64,000 nt of DNA from an uncultured Gemmatimonadales bacterium (lineage in GTDB: Bacteria > Gemmatimonadota > Gemmatimonadetes > Longimicrobiales > Longimicrobiaceae). The number at the start of each line of letters is the position of its first letter. The stretch's first letter is position 1. Under the pieces are notes generated by a model, which saw nothing but the letters and a program-made list of their open reading frames with translations, did no database searches and was not told the origin of the DNA. Positions 1 through 9,718 of this stretch are shown here, piece after piece. The stretch is taken from assembly GCA_963716255.1 (NCBI GenBank), contig OY970303.1, positions 4,608,001-4,672,000 of the forward strand, read 5' to 3'. Made by a program: the position numbers and the translations under genes.

Positions 1-47
1 CCCACCACGTGGCGGGGACCCGCTTTGCTTCAGCCGGCGTGGCGCTT

Positions 48-254
48 CTACTCCGCCACGTCGCCCCACTTGATGAACTCGAAGGCGGTGCGGCACGCGC
101 GGCACCAGTACTGCGCCACCGACAGCTGCCCGCCGAAGGGGTTCACCAGGTGGGTCTCGCGCCCGTCGCAGAAGGGGCACGGCGCGCTCTCGGGGAGCAG
201 CTCCGGCTCGGCTCCGCCGGGGAGCGGGCCGCGGGCGTCGGGTTCGCGCGTCAT
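48..254 (-). CDS. Stand-alone PaaD-type zinc-ribbon protein
   Basis: MTREP...CPFCDG...PFGGQLSVAQYWCRACRTAFEFIK; two CxxC pairs as in the PaaD C-terminus; ATGA overlap with the upstream gene. Confidence 0.75.
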   Translation of the reverse strand: MTREPDARGPLPGGAEPELLPESAPCPFCDGRETHLVNPFGGQLSVAQYWCRACRTAFEFIKWGDVAE

Positions 255-1090
255 TCCAGCAGCAGCGCGCGGTTCTTGTCGCCGCGGGCGCGGGACGCCG
301 TCGTCTCGTCCAGCGAGCCGCCGGCGCGGCGGGTGGCCTGGTCCCAGCCGCCCCACTGCAGCGTCCCGGCGTACTCGCCGGCCGCGCCGAGGCCGGCGTC
401 CTCCGCGAGACCCGTTTCGGCGAGCAGCGGCGCGACGCGGGCCAGGAAGCGGGCGCGCAGCTCCGTGGGGCCGGCCGTCACCAGCCCCTCCTCCACCAGG
501 CGGCGCGCGGCGGGGGCGTCGTCGTCGCCCAGCCAGCGCAGCGCCTCCGGGAGGTAGCGGCGCAGCGACGCGGCCAGCTCCGCGCGCACCCCGGGAACCG
601 TCGCCATGCGGCGCGTCCAGCCGGCGGCGTACTGGAAGTGGAAGCGCTCCTCGTCCAGCATCTTCTGCACGCGGTTGTGCGCCGGCGAGTAGCGGCTGTC
701 CGCAAGCGCGGAGTACTGCACGGCGAGCGCGGTGTCCACCAGGAGCCCGGCGGCGATCATGTCCGCCCACGAGCCGAAGCCCGCGTCAAGCGCCGGGTGG
801 CTGCGGTACTCCGCCGCCGCCCGCTCGTGCTCCAGCGCCTTCGGCTCCTCGCCGAAGTCGCCCAGCAGCGCGTAGGTCAGGCGCGCGTGGCCCCACTCGT
901 CCTGCGCCATGGACGACGCGGCGATCCCCGCCTCCAGCGTGGGGGCGCCCAGCATGCGGTCGCTGTAGCGCAGCCCCAGCACGCGCTTGCTGTCCGCCAG
1001 CGCCAGGAGGAGGGCGCGCAGAGCGGCGCGCGCGTCCTCCGGCAGCCCGGCCGCGCTTTCCAGGCGGGCCTCCGTCGCGGGGGCGCTCAC
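251..1090 (-). CDS. paaC: Phenylacetyl-CoA epoxidase PaaC-like ferritin-fold subunit
   Basis: LADSKRVLGLRYS..APTLEAGIAASSMAQDEWGHAR, EERFH; GTG start overlaps stop of upstream ORF. Confidence 0.75.
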   Translation of the reverse strand: MSAPATEARLESAAGLPEDARAALRALLLALADSKRVLGLRYSDRMLGAPTLEAGIAASSMAQDEWGHARLTYALLGDFGEEPKALEHERAAAEYRSHPALDAGFGSWADMIAAGLLVDTALAVQYSALADSRYSPAHNRVQKMLDEERFHFQYAAGWTRRMATVPGVRAELAASLRRYLPEALRWLGDDDAPAARRLVEEGLVTAGPTELRARFLARVAPLLAETGLAEDAGLGAAGEYAGTLQWGGWDQATRRAGGSLDETTASRARGDKNRALLLE

Positions 1091-1389
1091 CGGGCCTCCT
1101 TCACGGCCAGCTCGCCGCCGCCGTACGAGCCGGTGCCGCGGGCGTGCACCAGCTCCTGCTCGGCGTCCTCCTCGTGCCCCATGAGCGTCACGAACTGGCT
1201 CTCGCCCGGGTCCACCGGGATGATGGCGGAGCGGGGGATCACGCACATCTCCGCCCAGTTCTGCTCGTCGTACGTCTTCCAGGCGTAGACGCGGGCCAGG
1301 TCGCCCGTCTCGGCGTTGATGAAGCCGATGTGGCGCAGCGGCTCGCCCCGGGTCTTGCGCGCGAACACTTCGAAAACGGGCTCTCTCAA
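1087..1389 (-). CDS. paaB: PaaB-like small subunit
   Basis: FEVFARKTRGEPLRHIG..A..LARVYAWKTYDE..MCVIPRSAI resembles PaaB; TTG start uncertain. Confidence 0.65.
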   Translation of the reverse strand: MREPVFEVFARKTRGEPLRHIGFINAETGDLARVYAWKTYDEQNWAEMCVIPRSAIIPVDPGESQFVTLMGHEEDAEQELVHARGTGSYGGGELAVKEAR

Positions 1390-1442
1390 GGGAGTGCGAA
1401 AGTGCGTGAGTACGTGGGTGCGAGACCGCCCCGTGCGGCTCG

Positions 1443-1841
1443 CTACATCGAGACGCCGAAGCGGCGCAGCGCCTCGCGCCCCTCGGGCGAGATGCGCGCC
1501 TTGGTCCAGGCGGGGGTCCACGTCTCCACGACGCGCACCTCCTCCACTCCGGGCTCGCGGCGCAGCCGGTCCTCGATGTCGAAGTGGATGAACGCCATGC
1601 ACGGGCAGGCCGTGGCGGTGAAGGTCAGGTCCACCTCCACCGCGCCGCCCTCCCGCCGCACGTCGTAGATCAGCCCCAGGTCCACCAGGGAGATGGGGAT
1701 CTCCGGGTCCATCACCTCGCGGAGCGCGTCCCAGAGCGGGCCCGCGCGCTCCTCCGCCGGCACCGGGTACGCCGCGGGCGCGTCCAGGACGGCCGCCGCC
1801 CCGCCCCCGCCGAACCGCTCGGACGACGTGGCGCAGGACAT
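1443..1841 (-). CDS. paaD: DUF59/PaaD-like metal-sulfur cluster assembly protein
   Basis: ALREVMDPEIPISLVDLGLIY..TFTATACPC..WTPAWT DUF59 motifs. Confidence 0.8.
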   Translation of the reverse strand: MSCATSSERFGGGGAAAVLDAPAAYPVPAEERAGPLWDALREVMDPEIPISLVDLGLIYDVRREGGAVEVDLTFTATACPCMAFIHFDIEDRLRREPGVEEVRVVETWTPAWTKARISPEGREALRRFGVSM

Positions 1842-2782
1842 CAGGCGGCCTCCAGCATGCCCCGGAAGGCGCGGCCCTCCTGGATGGACTCGATGAACTG
1901 CTTGTTGGCCGGGCCGCGCCCCTTCCAGCGCTCGAACACCTGGCTCCACGAGATCCCGCCCTCGCCGAAGAGCCAGCGCTTCTCGTCCTCGTCGTACTGG
2001 CAGGGGAACGGGTAGTCGAGCACGAACTTCTGCTCCTCCTCGCTCCAGTGCGCAGGCACCTCCACGCCGATGGACTCGCAGAGCGGCACCGTGCTCTTCA
2101 TCCACGTCTGGCGCAGCTCGTCGTTGGTCATCCCCTTGAGGCGGTACTCCAGCTGGCCGGAGTGGCGCTTCATGTCGTCCGGCAGGCCGAACCACTCCAC
2201 CGCCATGGGGAACATCCAATCCACCGCGCGCTGCACCTTTTCCTTGGCCTCGCCGCCGGCGCCCGCCAGGCGCTTCATCCACATCTCGCCGTGGCGCAGG
2301 TGGAAGGTCTCCTCCTGGTCCACCTTGACCAGGGCGCGCTTGAGGGGGCCGTAGCTGGTGTTCTTGAAGACGTCGCCCAGGAGCGTGATCCCGGCGCGGT
2401 CGTACAGCCCGTTGGCCACCACCAGCTCCGCCCAGTTCTCCAGCGGGTGGTCGAAGCCGTAGGGATGCTTGAACTCGTGCGGCTGCCGGCCGTACACCAG
2501 CTGCTCCTTGTCCATCCCCAGGTCCTCCAGGAGACGGTAGGCGATGTTGGCGTGCGCCAGCTCGTCCTGGATGATCGCCGTGGCGGACACCATGGTGTTG
2601 GTGGACGGGGCGTCCTTCGCCGCGCCGAAGTACGCCGGCGCCGACACCAGCTCGGTGTCCGCCTGCACCAGCAGCTGCACGATCAGGGCGTTGCGGTACC
2701 CCTCCGTCATCTCGTCCGGGTACTCCACCACGAACCCGTTCTGGACCTTCTGCTTCAGCTCCTCGTCCGTATATCGAGCCAT
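1841..2782 (-). CDS. paaA: Phenylacetyl-CoA epoxidase PaaA-like diiron subunit
   Basis: EMTEGYRNALI..AIIQDELAH..SYGPLKRAL..EETFH; two ExxH motifs. Confidence 0.8.
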   Translation of the reverse strand: MARYTDEELKQKVQNGFVVEYPDEMTEGYRNALIVQLLVQADTELVSAPAYFGAAKDAPSTNTMVSATAIIQDELAHANIAYRLLEDLGMDKEQLVYGRQPHEFKHPYGFDHPLENWAELVVANGLYDRAGITLLGDVFKNTSYGPLKRALVKVDQEETFHLRHGEMWMKRLAGAGGEAKEKVQRAVDWMFPMAVEWFGLPDDMKRHSGQLEYRLKGMTNDELRQTWMKSTVPLCESIGVEVPAHWSEEEQKFVLDYPFPCQYDEDEKRWLFGEGGISWSQVFERWKGRGPANKQFIESIQEGRAFRGMLEAA

Positions 2783-2848
2783 GTGCGTTTCTCCGTTGCC
2801 ATGAAATGGGAGCGCCGCGCGCCGCTGCAAGCGCCGCGCCCCGTCCCT

Positions 2849-3508
2849 CTACGCCGCTCCCCCGCGGAGCTGCTCCTGCTGCACCCCGAAGACGAACCGG
2901 GTCAGCTCCCGGCGCGCCGCGGGCGGCACCGAGGTGAACTCCACCGCCGTCCAGAAGCGCCCCTCCGGCGCCGCGCCCCCGTTCTCGCCGCCGCGCACCA
3001 CCCGCCCCGCGAACTCCACCGGCGGCCCGCCCCCGGGAAGGTGCAGCCGTGCCTCCAGCTCCGCCCCCGCCTCCACCGGCTCCGGGAAGGCCGCGCGCAT
3101 CCCGCCCTCGCTCACGTCCAGGGTGGTGCCGGCCAGCTCACGCGCGGGTCCGCCGGGGGGCGCCGTCCGCACCTCCACCCGCACCCGCGCATCCACGCGG
3201 ACCGAATCGCGCCGCTGTACCCGCTGCGCGCTCTGAGGCCAGGTGATGACCAGCGCGGGGCCGGGCTCCGCCGCGCGGCGCAGCACCGTCGCCGCGAACA
3301 CGTGCACGCCGTCCGGGTGCGTGCTCTGCACGTCCAGCACGGTCCCCGGCTCCACCCGCACCTCGTCCCCGCGGAGCACGGGCGCCGCCACCCGGATCTC
3401 CCGGCCCTCCTCGAAGTCCAGGACCCGGCTGGGGTACCACCCCGGGCCTTCGCCCCCGCCCACGCGGAGGGACACCGGCTGCATGGGGTTTATGAAGCGC
3501 TGCGGCAT
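2849..3508 (-). CDS. PilZ-domain (YcgR/flagellar-brake-like) c-di-GMP receptor
   Basis: QRRDSVR (RxxxR) and DVSEGG (DxSxxG) motifs after a YcgR-like N-domain. Confidence 0.8.
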   Translation of the reverse strand: MPQRFINPMQPVSLRVGGGEGPGWYPSRVLDFEEGREIRVAAPVLRGDEVRVEPGTVLDVQSTHPDGVHVFAATVLRRAAEPGPALVITWPQSAQRVQRRDSVRVDARVRVEVRTAPPGGPARELAGTTLDVSEGGMRAAFPEPVEAGAELEARLHLPGGGPPVEFAGRVVRGGENGGAAPEGRFWTAVEFTSVPPAARRELTRFVFGVQQEQLRGGAA

Positions 3509-3647
3509 CGGCGTGTCCAGGCGTCGAACCGGCGGGGCGGAGCGCCTCGTCGGCTTCCGTTCGAACGATCGTTCGGCAGGGAAGGTACAACCTTTCCGGG
3601 CCCCGCGTCAACCCGGTCGCGGGTGGGCGGACCGGCTGCGGGAGCGC

Positions 3648-4430
3648 TCAGACCTTGCTGTTCGGCGTCTCCACCGTGTCCGTGCCGTCCGGCTGCGGAA
3701 CCAGGTGCATGTCGCCGAAGATGTGCGGCGCCTCATCTCGCAGGAGGTGCAGGACGGCAGCGGCCAGACGGCGGATCTCCACGTCCGCGGCGCTGCTCCC
3801 GCGCATCTCCGCGAAGTGGCGCCAGGCGCGAGCGTTCCCCGTCACCACGATCTTGGTCTCGGCGCAGTTGGGGAGCACGGCGCGGGCCGCCTGCCGGGCG
3901 CGCTTCTTCCGCATGGTGGCGGGGCCGTCGTCGCCCACCCGCTCGGCCATTGCGCTCAGGAGCTCGCGGTACGCTTCCAGCGACGCCTCGCACGCCCTTG
4001 CCCAGATGGGGAACCCGGGGCCGTCCTCGCCGATCTCCGGCGGCAGAACGAAGCCGATCTCCGACTCGTCCACGTACCGCTGGCTCAGCTGCGAGAAGCC
4101 GAAACCCGCCCGGTGCCGCACCAACTCGTGGGTCAACGAGCGGCTGACCCCCTCCAGGAGAAGCGTCCACACGGCGTGCTCCAGCACGCTGCCGTGCTTG
4201 ACGTTGAGGATGTTAGTCAGGTACGACTCATTGCTGGTGCGTCCCGGGATGGTCCGGTGCCCCCCCTCCAGGCCCGCGTCCTCGCCGAAGGAAAGGTAGC
4301 AGAGACGCCCGGCGAACTCCGCCACCACCTCGCCCGCGACCTCGCTGTCGCTCTCCCAGCGGATGTGCTCGGGGTAGACGAACTGCTGGCGCGCGATGAC
4401 GGTGACGCGGGGCTCGCGGATGATCTGCAT
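3648..4430 (-). CDS. thyX: FAD-dependent thymidylate synthase
   Basis: AGRLCYLSF, HGSVLEH, RHRAGFGFSQLSQRYV, ARAVLPN, EIRRLA. Confidence 0.93.
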   Translation of the reverse strand: MQIIREPRVTVIARQQFVYPEHIRWESDSEVAGEVVAEFAGRLCYLSFGEDAGLEGGHRTIPGRTSNESYLTNILNVKHGSVLEHAVWTLLLEGVSRSLTHELVRHRAGFGFSQLSQRYVDESEIGFVLPPEIGEDGPGFPIWARACEASLEAYRELLSAMAERVGDDGPATMRKKRARQAARAVLPNCAETKIVVTGNARAWRHFAEMRGSSAADVEIRRLAAAVLHLLRDEAPHIFGDMHLVPQPDGTDTVETPNSKV

Positions 4431-4581
4431 GGGCTCGTCTCCGGGTGGGGTGCAGGACGGGCGGAAAGCTAGACCGTCGCCCCCCCCTCCACAAGGAGCC
4501 CCGCCGGGCCGCGCACCGTTGCGCGGGCGGGGTAGGGCGCACATCTTCGGGAGCGCGCGCACCCCCACACAGGAAGCCGTC

Positions 4582-5490
4582 TTGCGGATCGTATCCCTCC
4601 TTTCCAGCGCCACCGAGATCGTCTACGAGCTGGGCCTCCAGGACCGGCTGGTGGGGATCTCCCACGAGTGCGACCACCCGCCGGAGGCGCTCCACCTCCC
4701 CCGCGCGTCGCGGTCCCGCTTCGACCCGGCGGGGCTCACCAGCGGCGAGATCGACGCGGCGGTGCGCCGCTGCATGGCGGAGGACGGGAGCGTGTACGAG
4801 GTGGACCGCGCGCTGCTCCGCGAGCTTCGCCCGGACCTGGTTCTCACCCAGGCGGTGTGCGAGGTGTGCGCCGTCCCCACCGGCTCGGTGCTGGACGCCG
4901 TGGCCGAGCTGCCGGGCGCGCCGGAGGTGCTTTCGCTGGACGCGCACACGCTGGACGGCATCCTCGCCACGGTGCGCCAGGTGGCCGACGCGGCAGGGGA
5001 GCCACGCTCCGGGGAGGCGGCGGTGGAGCGGCTGCGCGGGCGGATGGACGCCGTCGCGGAGCGCGTGGCGGGGAGGGCGCGGCCGCGGGTGCTCGCGCTG
5101 GAGTGGCTGGAGCCGCCCTTCGCGCCGGGGCACTGGGTCCCGGAGATGGTGGAGCGCGCCGGCGGGGAGAACCTGCTGGGGACGGTGGGCGGGCACTCGG
5201 TGGAGGTCCCCTGGAGCCGCGTCGAGGGGCTGGACCCGGAGCGGCTGGTCCTCCTCCCCTGCGGCTACGACCTGGAGCACGCCCGCGCCGACGCCGACCG
5301 CAGCCGCGCGCACCTGCGCGCCCTGGCCGGCGGGCTGGCCGACGCGGGGCACGCCTGGGTGGGGCACAGCGCGTTCTTCAGCCGCTCCGGCCCGCGGGTG
5401 TTGGGCGGCATCGAGGCGCTCGCCGCCGCCTTCCACCCGGACGCCTTCCCCGGCGCCGACACCCGCGGCGTCCTGGAGCGCTGGAGGTAG
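4582..5490 (+). CDS. BtuF-like cobalamin/iron-siderophore ABC substrate-binding protein
   Basis: RIVSLLSSATEIVYELGLQDRLVGISHECD, EWLEPPF.PGHWVPEM, FSRSGPR; TTG start inferred. Confidence 0.8.
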   Translation: MRIVSLLSSATEIVYELGLQDRLVGISHECDHPPEALHLPRASRSRFDPAGLTSGEIDAAVRRCMAEDGSVYEVDRALLRELRPDLVLTQAVCEVCAVPTGSVLDAVAELPGAPEVLSLDAHTLDGILATVRQVADAAGEPRSGEAAVERLRGRMDAVAERVAGRARPRVLALEWLEPPFAPGHWVPEMVERAGGENLLGTVGGHSVEVPWSRVEGLDPERLVLLPCGYDLEHARADADRSRAHLRALAGGLADAGHAWVGHSAFFSRSGPRVLGGIEALAAAFHPDAFPGADTRGVLERWR

Positions 5491-5564
5491 GCGCGTCGCT
5501 TGCACCCCCCCGCCGAGCGCGCCGGCGCGCGGCGCGCCCCACCCCCGCCAAGGAGACGGTCCAC

Positions 5565-5936
5565 ATGCGGCTTTCCACCCGGGTACACGGCGTCCTGGAC
5601 TACCTGGTCGGCGCGCTGCTCGCCGCGTCCCCGTGGCTGCTGGGCTTCGCGCGGGGCGGGGCGGAGACGTGGGTCCCCGTCGCCGTGGGGGCGGGCGCCG
5701 TCGTCTACAGCCTGTTCACCGACTACGAGCTGGGCGTCGTCCGGCGGCTGCAGATGAGCGTGCACCTGTGGCTGGACGGCATCGGCGGCGTCGCGCTCGC
5801 CGCCTCCCCGTGGGTGCTGGGCTTCGACGACCGCGTGTGGATCCCGCACCTCGCGCTCGGGCTTTTCGAGGTCGCGGCCGCCCTCCTCACCGACACCATT
5901 CCCGCCTACGAGCGCCGCCGTGCACAGAGAGCTTGA
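5565..5936 (+). CDS. SPW-repeat small membrane protein
   Basis: HGVLDY..ASPWLLGF..TDYELG..ASPWVLGF. Confidence 0.8.
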   Translation: MRLSTRVHGVLDYLVGALLAASPWLLGFARGGAETWVPVAVGAGAVVYSLFTDYELGVVRRLQMSVHLWLDGIGGVALAASPWVLGFDDRVWIPHLALGLFEVAAALLTDTIPAYERRRAQRA

Positions 5937-6990
5937 GCTGGACGCCGACGCCTGCCGGGTCGTCGACGCGCCGCAGGCGCGGGCCGAGACGCGCGCCTGG
6001 GCCTCCGGGCCCAAGGGGATCCACGCCGTGCCGATGGACGAGGCGCTGCGGCTGTACCGGGAGCGGAACGGGGCGGAAGCCAAGGACGAGGGGGAGTCGG
6101 CGGTCGTCTGGATCGACGTGGTCAGCCCCGGCGACGCGGAGGCCGCCTTCCTGCGCGACACGCTGCGCTTCCACCCGCTGGCGGTGGAGGACTGCATCCG
6201 CGGGCGTCAGCGTCCCAAGGTGGATCGCTACCCCGGCTACTTCTTCATGGTGCTGTACGCCGCGCGCATCGACCCCGATCCCCGGGGCGGGCGGAGCACG
6301 CTGGCGCTCAACGAGCTGCACGTGTTCCTGGGCGAGCGCTTCGTGGTCACCGTGCACGACCGGAAGGTGCGCGAGGTGGGCGAGGTGGTGGCGCGCTGGC
6401 GGTCGGCCCCGGGGCGCCTGCACGACACGGGCACGCTGGCGCACGCGCTGCTGGACGCCGTGGTGGACGCGTACTTCCCCGTGCTCGACGAGTTCTCCGA
6501 GCGCGTGGAGGCGATGGAGGACGCCATGCTGGCCGACCGCAGCGAGGCGGACCACATGCAGGGGATGCTCGCCCTGCGCCGCGAGCTGACCATCTTCCGG
6601 CGCGTGGTGGCGCCGCAGCGCGACGTGCTCACCACGCTGCTGCGGCGGGACATCCCCTTCCTGCGGCCGGAGCTGGTGCCGTACATCCAGGACGTGCAGG
6701 ACCACGTCATGCGCGTCACCGAGGAGATCGACGGCATGCGGGAACTGCTCGCCTCCGCGGTGGACGCGTACCTGTCGTCGGCGTCCAACCGGCTCAACCA
6801 CACCATGCGGGTCATGGCGGCGTGGTCCATCATCCTCATGGCCATGGCGTGGATCGCCGGGGTCTACGGGATGAACTTCCGCGTCATGCCGGAGACGCAG
6901 TGGCGGTACGGGTACGCGTGGGCGCTGGGGTTCATGCTGGCGGTGGGGGGCAGCCTGTGGGCGTTCTTCCGGCGGTGGCGGTGGATCTGA
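5920..6990 (+). CDS. corA: CorA-family Mg2+/Co2+ transporter
   Basis: FHPLAVEDC..QRPKVDRY; YGMNF signature; two C-terminal TM helices. Confidence 0.92.
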   Translation: MHRELELDADACRVVDAPQARAETRAWASGPKGIHAVPMDEALRLYRERNGAEAKDEGESAVVWIDVVSPGDAEAAFLRDTLRFHPLAVEDCIRGRQRPKVDRYPGYFFMVLYAARIDPDPRGGRSTLALNELHVFLGERFVVTVHDRKVREVGEVVARWRSAPGRLHDTGTLAHALLDAVVDAYFPVLDEFSERVEAMEDAMLADRSEADHMQGMLALRRELTIFRRVVAPQRDVLTTLLRRDIPFLRPELVPYIQDVQDHVMRVTEEIDGMRELLASAVDAYLSSASNRLNHTMRVMAAWSIILMAMAWIAGVYGMNFRVMPETQWRYGYAWALGFMLAVGGSLWAFFRRWRWI

Positions 6991-7019
6991 CGCGCTGAGC
7001 GTCTTCGGCAGGGTTCTGC

Positions 7020-7197
7020 GGGGCCGCTCCGGAGCCGGACGATCCTGCCGTCCGTCTCCTGCGCGGGCTCCGGGAGCCTCCTCGGTCGTCACGAAACAGC
7101 CCGTGCCGACGCTGCGGGGTCTCCCTGCGCCGGAGGGAGCCCCGCCAAACCGCCGGCGGGTCTCCCTCCGCAACGGATGCGGGGGGTACTGCGGGAA
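7020..7197 (+). repeat. Dispersed modular hairpin repeat, family A copy 1
   Basis: GGGGCCGCTCCGGAGC...GGGTACTGCGG; matches six other copies in the window. Confidence 0.85.
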
Positions 7198-7279
7198 CGG
7201 CTAACGGCAGGCCCCACCCCCGCCTTCCTGACCCGGGCGGGGCGTCCCGGGGCTCGCGCCTGCCACGGGCACGAAAAGC

Positions 7280-7316
7280 CCCTCTCCCGCTTGCGGGGGA
7301 GGGGTTGGGGAGGGGG
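7280..7316. repeat. CCCTCTCCC..GGGGAGGG palindromic REP-like element (family C)
   Basis: ccctctcccgcttgcgggggagggg; similar elements at 22785, 37363, 52642, 61831. Confidence 0.6.
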
Positions 7317-7343
7317 CCTCCCGCGGACGCCGGCGCGATCCCC

Positions 7344-7476
7344 GCGTGAGGGATTTCGGCCCGAAGGGGCGAGACCGCGCGGCCGTTTGCGCGGGCTCGA
7401 CTCCGTTACGCAGCGTTGTTTGCTGCGTTACGGAGCCGAAGCCCGACCCGGCGCCAGCCGGGGCACGCCCGAACCC
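7344..7476 (+). repeat. Dispersed structured repeat, family B copy 1
   Basis: GCGTGAGGGATTTCGGCCCGAAGGGGCGAGACC...GCACGCCCGAACCC; copies at 33393, 43767, 61948. Confidence 0.88.
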
Positions 7477-7507
7477 CGCCGTTCAGCCGTCCTTCAAAGC
7501 TCGAAGC

Positions 7508-8059
7508 TCAGAATGACAACTCGCCACCCACGCGCACGAACAGCTGGTTCACCAGGTCCTCGCCGTCGTAGCGGGACACGTAGTCGGTGATCCCGTAGCG
7601 CAGCGCGAAGTTGGGGCCCAGCCGCGCGCCGGCGGCGGCGCCCAGGCTGGCGGCGAGGTCGGTGGGGCCGTCCTCGTAGCGCACCTGGCCCACCCCCAAG
7701 GAAAGCGCCAGCGGCAGCGCGCCGGGGCCGGCGTCGCCGCGGAAGCGGGAGTACTCCAGCCCCGCGCTCCAGTGGTCCACCGTGATCTTGTCCCCAGACC
7801 TCGCCGTCCCGAAGGGAAGCGTGCCCAGCAGCTCCGGCGCCGAGCGCTGCGCCGTGCCGAAGGCCGCCAGCCGCGGGGCGAAGCGCAGCGTGGCGCGCGC
7901 GCCGAAGCCCCAGCCGCCCTCCAGGCGGGCGCTGGTCTCCGGGAGGCTCCCGTAGAAGCCGTACGTGCCGAACGGCTCCACCGACACGAGCTGCGCCGCG
8001 GCGGGGGAGGCGGGGAGCGCCGCGAGCAGCGCCGCGGCGAGGAGGATCTTTCTGGTCAT
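7508..8059 (-). CDS. Small outer-membrane beta-barrel protein
   Basis: Signal peptide MTRKILLAAALL..AAA-Q, alternating beta strands, C-terminal F. Confidence 0.7.
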   Translation of the reverse strand: MTRKILLAAALLAALPASPAAAQLVSVEPFGTYGFYGSLPETSARLEGGWGFGARATLRFAPRLAAFGTAQRSAPELLGTLPFGTARSGDKITVDHWSAGLEYSRFRGDAGPGALPLALSLGVGQVRYEDGPTDLAASLGAAAGARLGPNFALRYGITDYVSRYDGEDLVNQLFVRVGGELSF

Positions 8060-8201
8060 CTGTTGTTCCCTTTGAGGTCCGCGGGGATCATGGTGCCACG
8101 GGAACGCGCGCGCAAGCTTGCCGCCGTGCCGCGTTGACAAGCGTGGCGGGCCGCGGGAGATTCCCCGTCCCGTTTCCCGCCCCCCGCACCGCGCGGACCG
8201 C

Positions 8202-9718
8202 ATGCAGCTCCACCCCACCTTCCCCGAGTTCCTGCGGCTGGCACGCGAGGCGACGCTCGTTCCCGTTGCCGGCGAGTTCCTCTTCGACACGGACACCGCG
8301 GTGTCCGCGTACCACAAGCTCGCGCGCCCGCCCTTCGGCTTCCTGCTGGAGTCGGTGGCGGGCGGGGAGCGCTGGGCGCGCTACACCTTCCTGGGGACGG
8401 AGCCGCGCGGGGCGTGGCGGCTGGTGGGAGACCGCATCGACCGCTGGACGCCGGGGGAAGGGTGGGCCACCGGGGAGCGCTCCGCCGACCCGCTCGCCGA
8501 CTTCGGCCGGCTGGTGGCGCGGCACACCCCCGCCGAGGTGCCGGGGCTGCCGCGCTTCTGGGGCGGGGCGGTGGGCTTCTTCGGCTACGACGTCGTCCGC
8601 CACGTGGAGCGGCTCCCCCACCCGCCGGCGGAGGGGCTGGGGCTGCCGGACGCCGTGTTCATGCTCACCGGCGTGGTGGTGGCGGTGGACAACCTGTTCG
8701 GGCGGGCGCGCGCCATCGCCGCGGTGGAGACCGGGGGCGCGGACGATGCGGAGCTGCGCCGGCGCTACGACGCGGCCGCCGCGGAGGTGGAGGCGGCCGT
8801 CGCCAGGATCCAGGGCGGCGCCGGCCCGGCGCCGCTGGCCATGGCGGCGGCCCCGGCGGAGGACCCTGCCTTCGGCAGCACCTTTTCGCGCGGCGGCTTC
8901 GAGGCGGCGGTGGAGCGGGTGCAGGACTACGTCCGCGCCGGGGACGCCTTCCAGGTGGTGCTCTCGCAGCGGCTCTCGCTCCCGCTGGAGGTGCCCCCCT
9001 TCGACCTGTACCGGGCGCTGCGCACCCTCAACCCCTCGCCGTACCTGTTCTACCTGGAGCTGGACGGCTTCCAGCTGGTGGGCTCGTCGCCGGAGGTGAT
9101 GGTGCGGCTGGAGGAGGGGACCGTGACGGTGCGCCCCATCGCGGGAACGCGCCGCCGCGGCGGGAGCCCGGAGGAGGACGCCGCGCTGGCGGAGGACCTC
9201 CTCGCCGACGCCAAGGAGCGCGCCGAGCACCTGATGCTGCTGGACCTGGGGCGCAACGACGTGGGGCGAGTCGCCCGCTACGGGAGCGTGCGGGTGCCGC
9301 AGCGCATGGTCATCGAGAAGTACTCGCACGTGCTGCACATGGTCTCCACCGTGGAGGGGGACTGCGCGAAGGCCTCTCGGCCGTGGACGTGCTGCGCGCG
9401 TCGTTCCCCGCGGGAACGGTGTCCGGCGCGCCAAAGGTGCGCGCCATGGAGATCATCGACGAGCTGGAGCCGGCGCGGCGGGGGCCGTACGCCGGCGCGG
9501 TGGGGTACTTCGCGCACGGCGGGCGCGCCATGGACACCGCCATCGCCATCCGCACCGTGGTGGTGCGCGGCGGGGAGGCCCACGTGCAGGCGGGCGCGGG
9601 GATCGTCGCGGACTCGGTCCCCGCGGCCGAGTACGAGGAAACGCTCAACAAGGCGCGCGCCCTGCTGCGGGCCGTGCAGATGGTGGCCGCGGCACCCGCC
9701 GCCGGGAGACCGGAATGA
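8202..9718 (+). CDS. trpE: Anthranilate synthase component I, with a 1-nt frameshift near 9356-9362
   Basis: [38 protein letters not shown] in one frame; [34 protein letters not shown] in another. Confidence 0.88.

Noticed and set aside
4431..4581. Cobalamin riboswitch upstream of the BtuF-like gene
   Set aside because: Short divergent intergenic region with no recognizable B12-box
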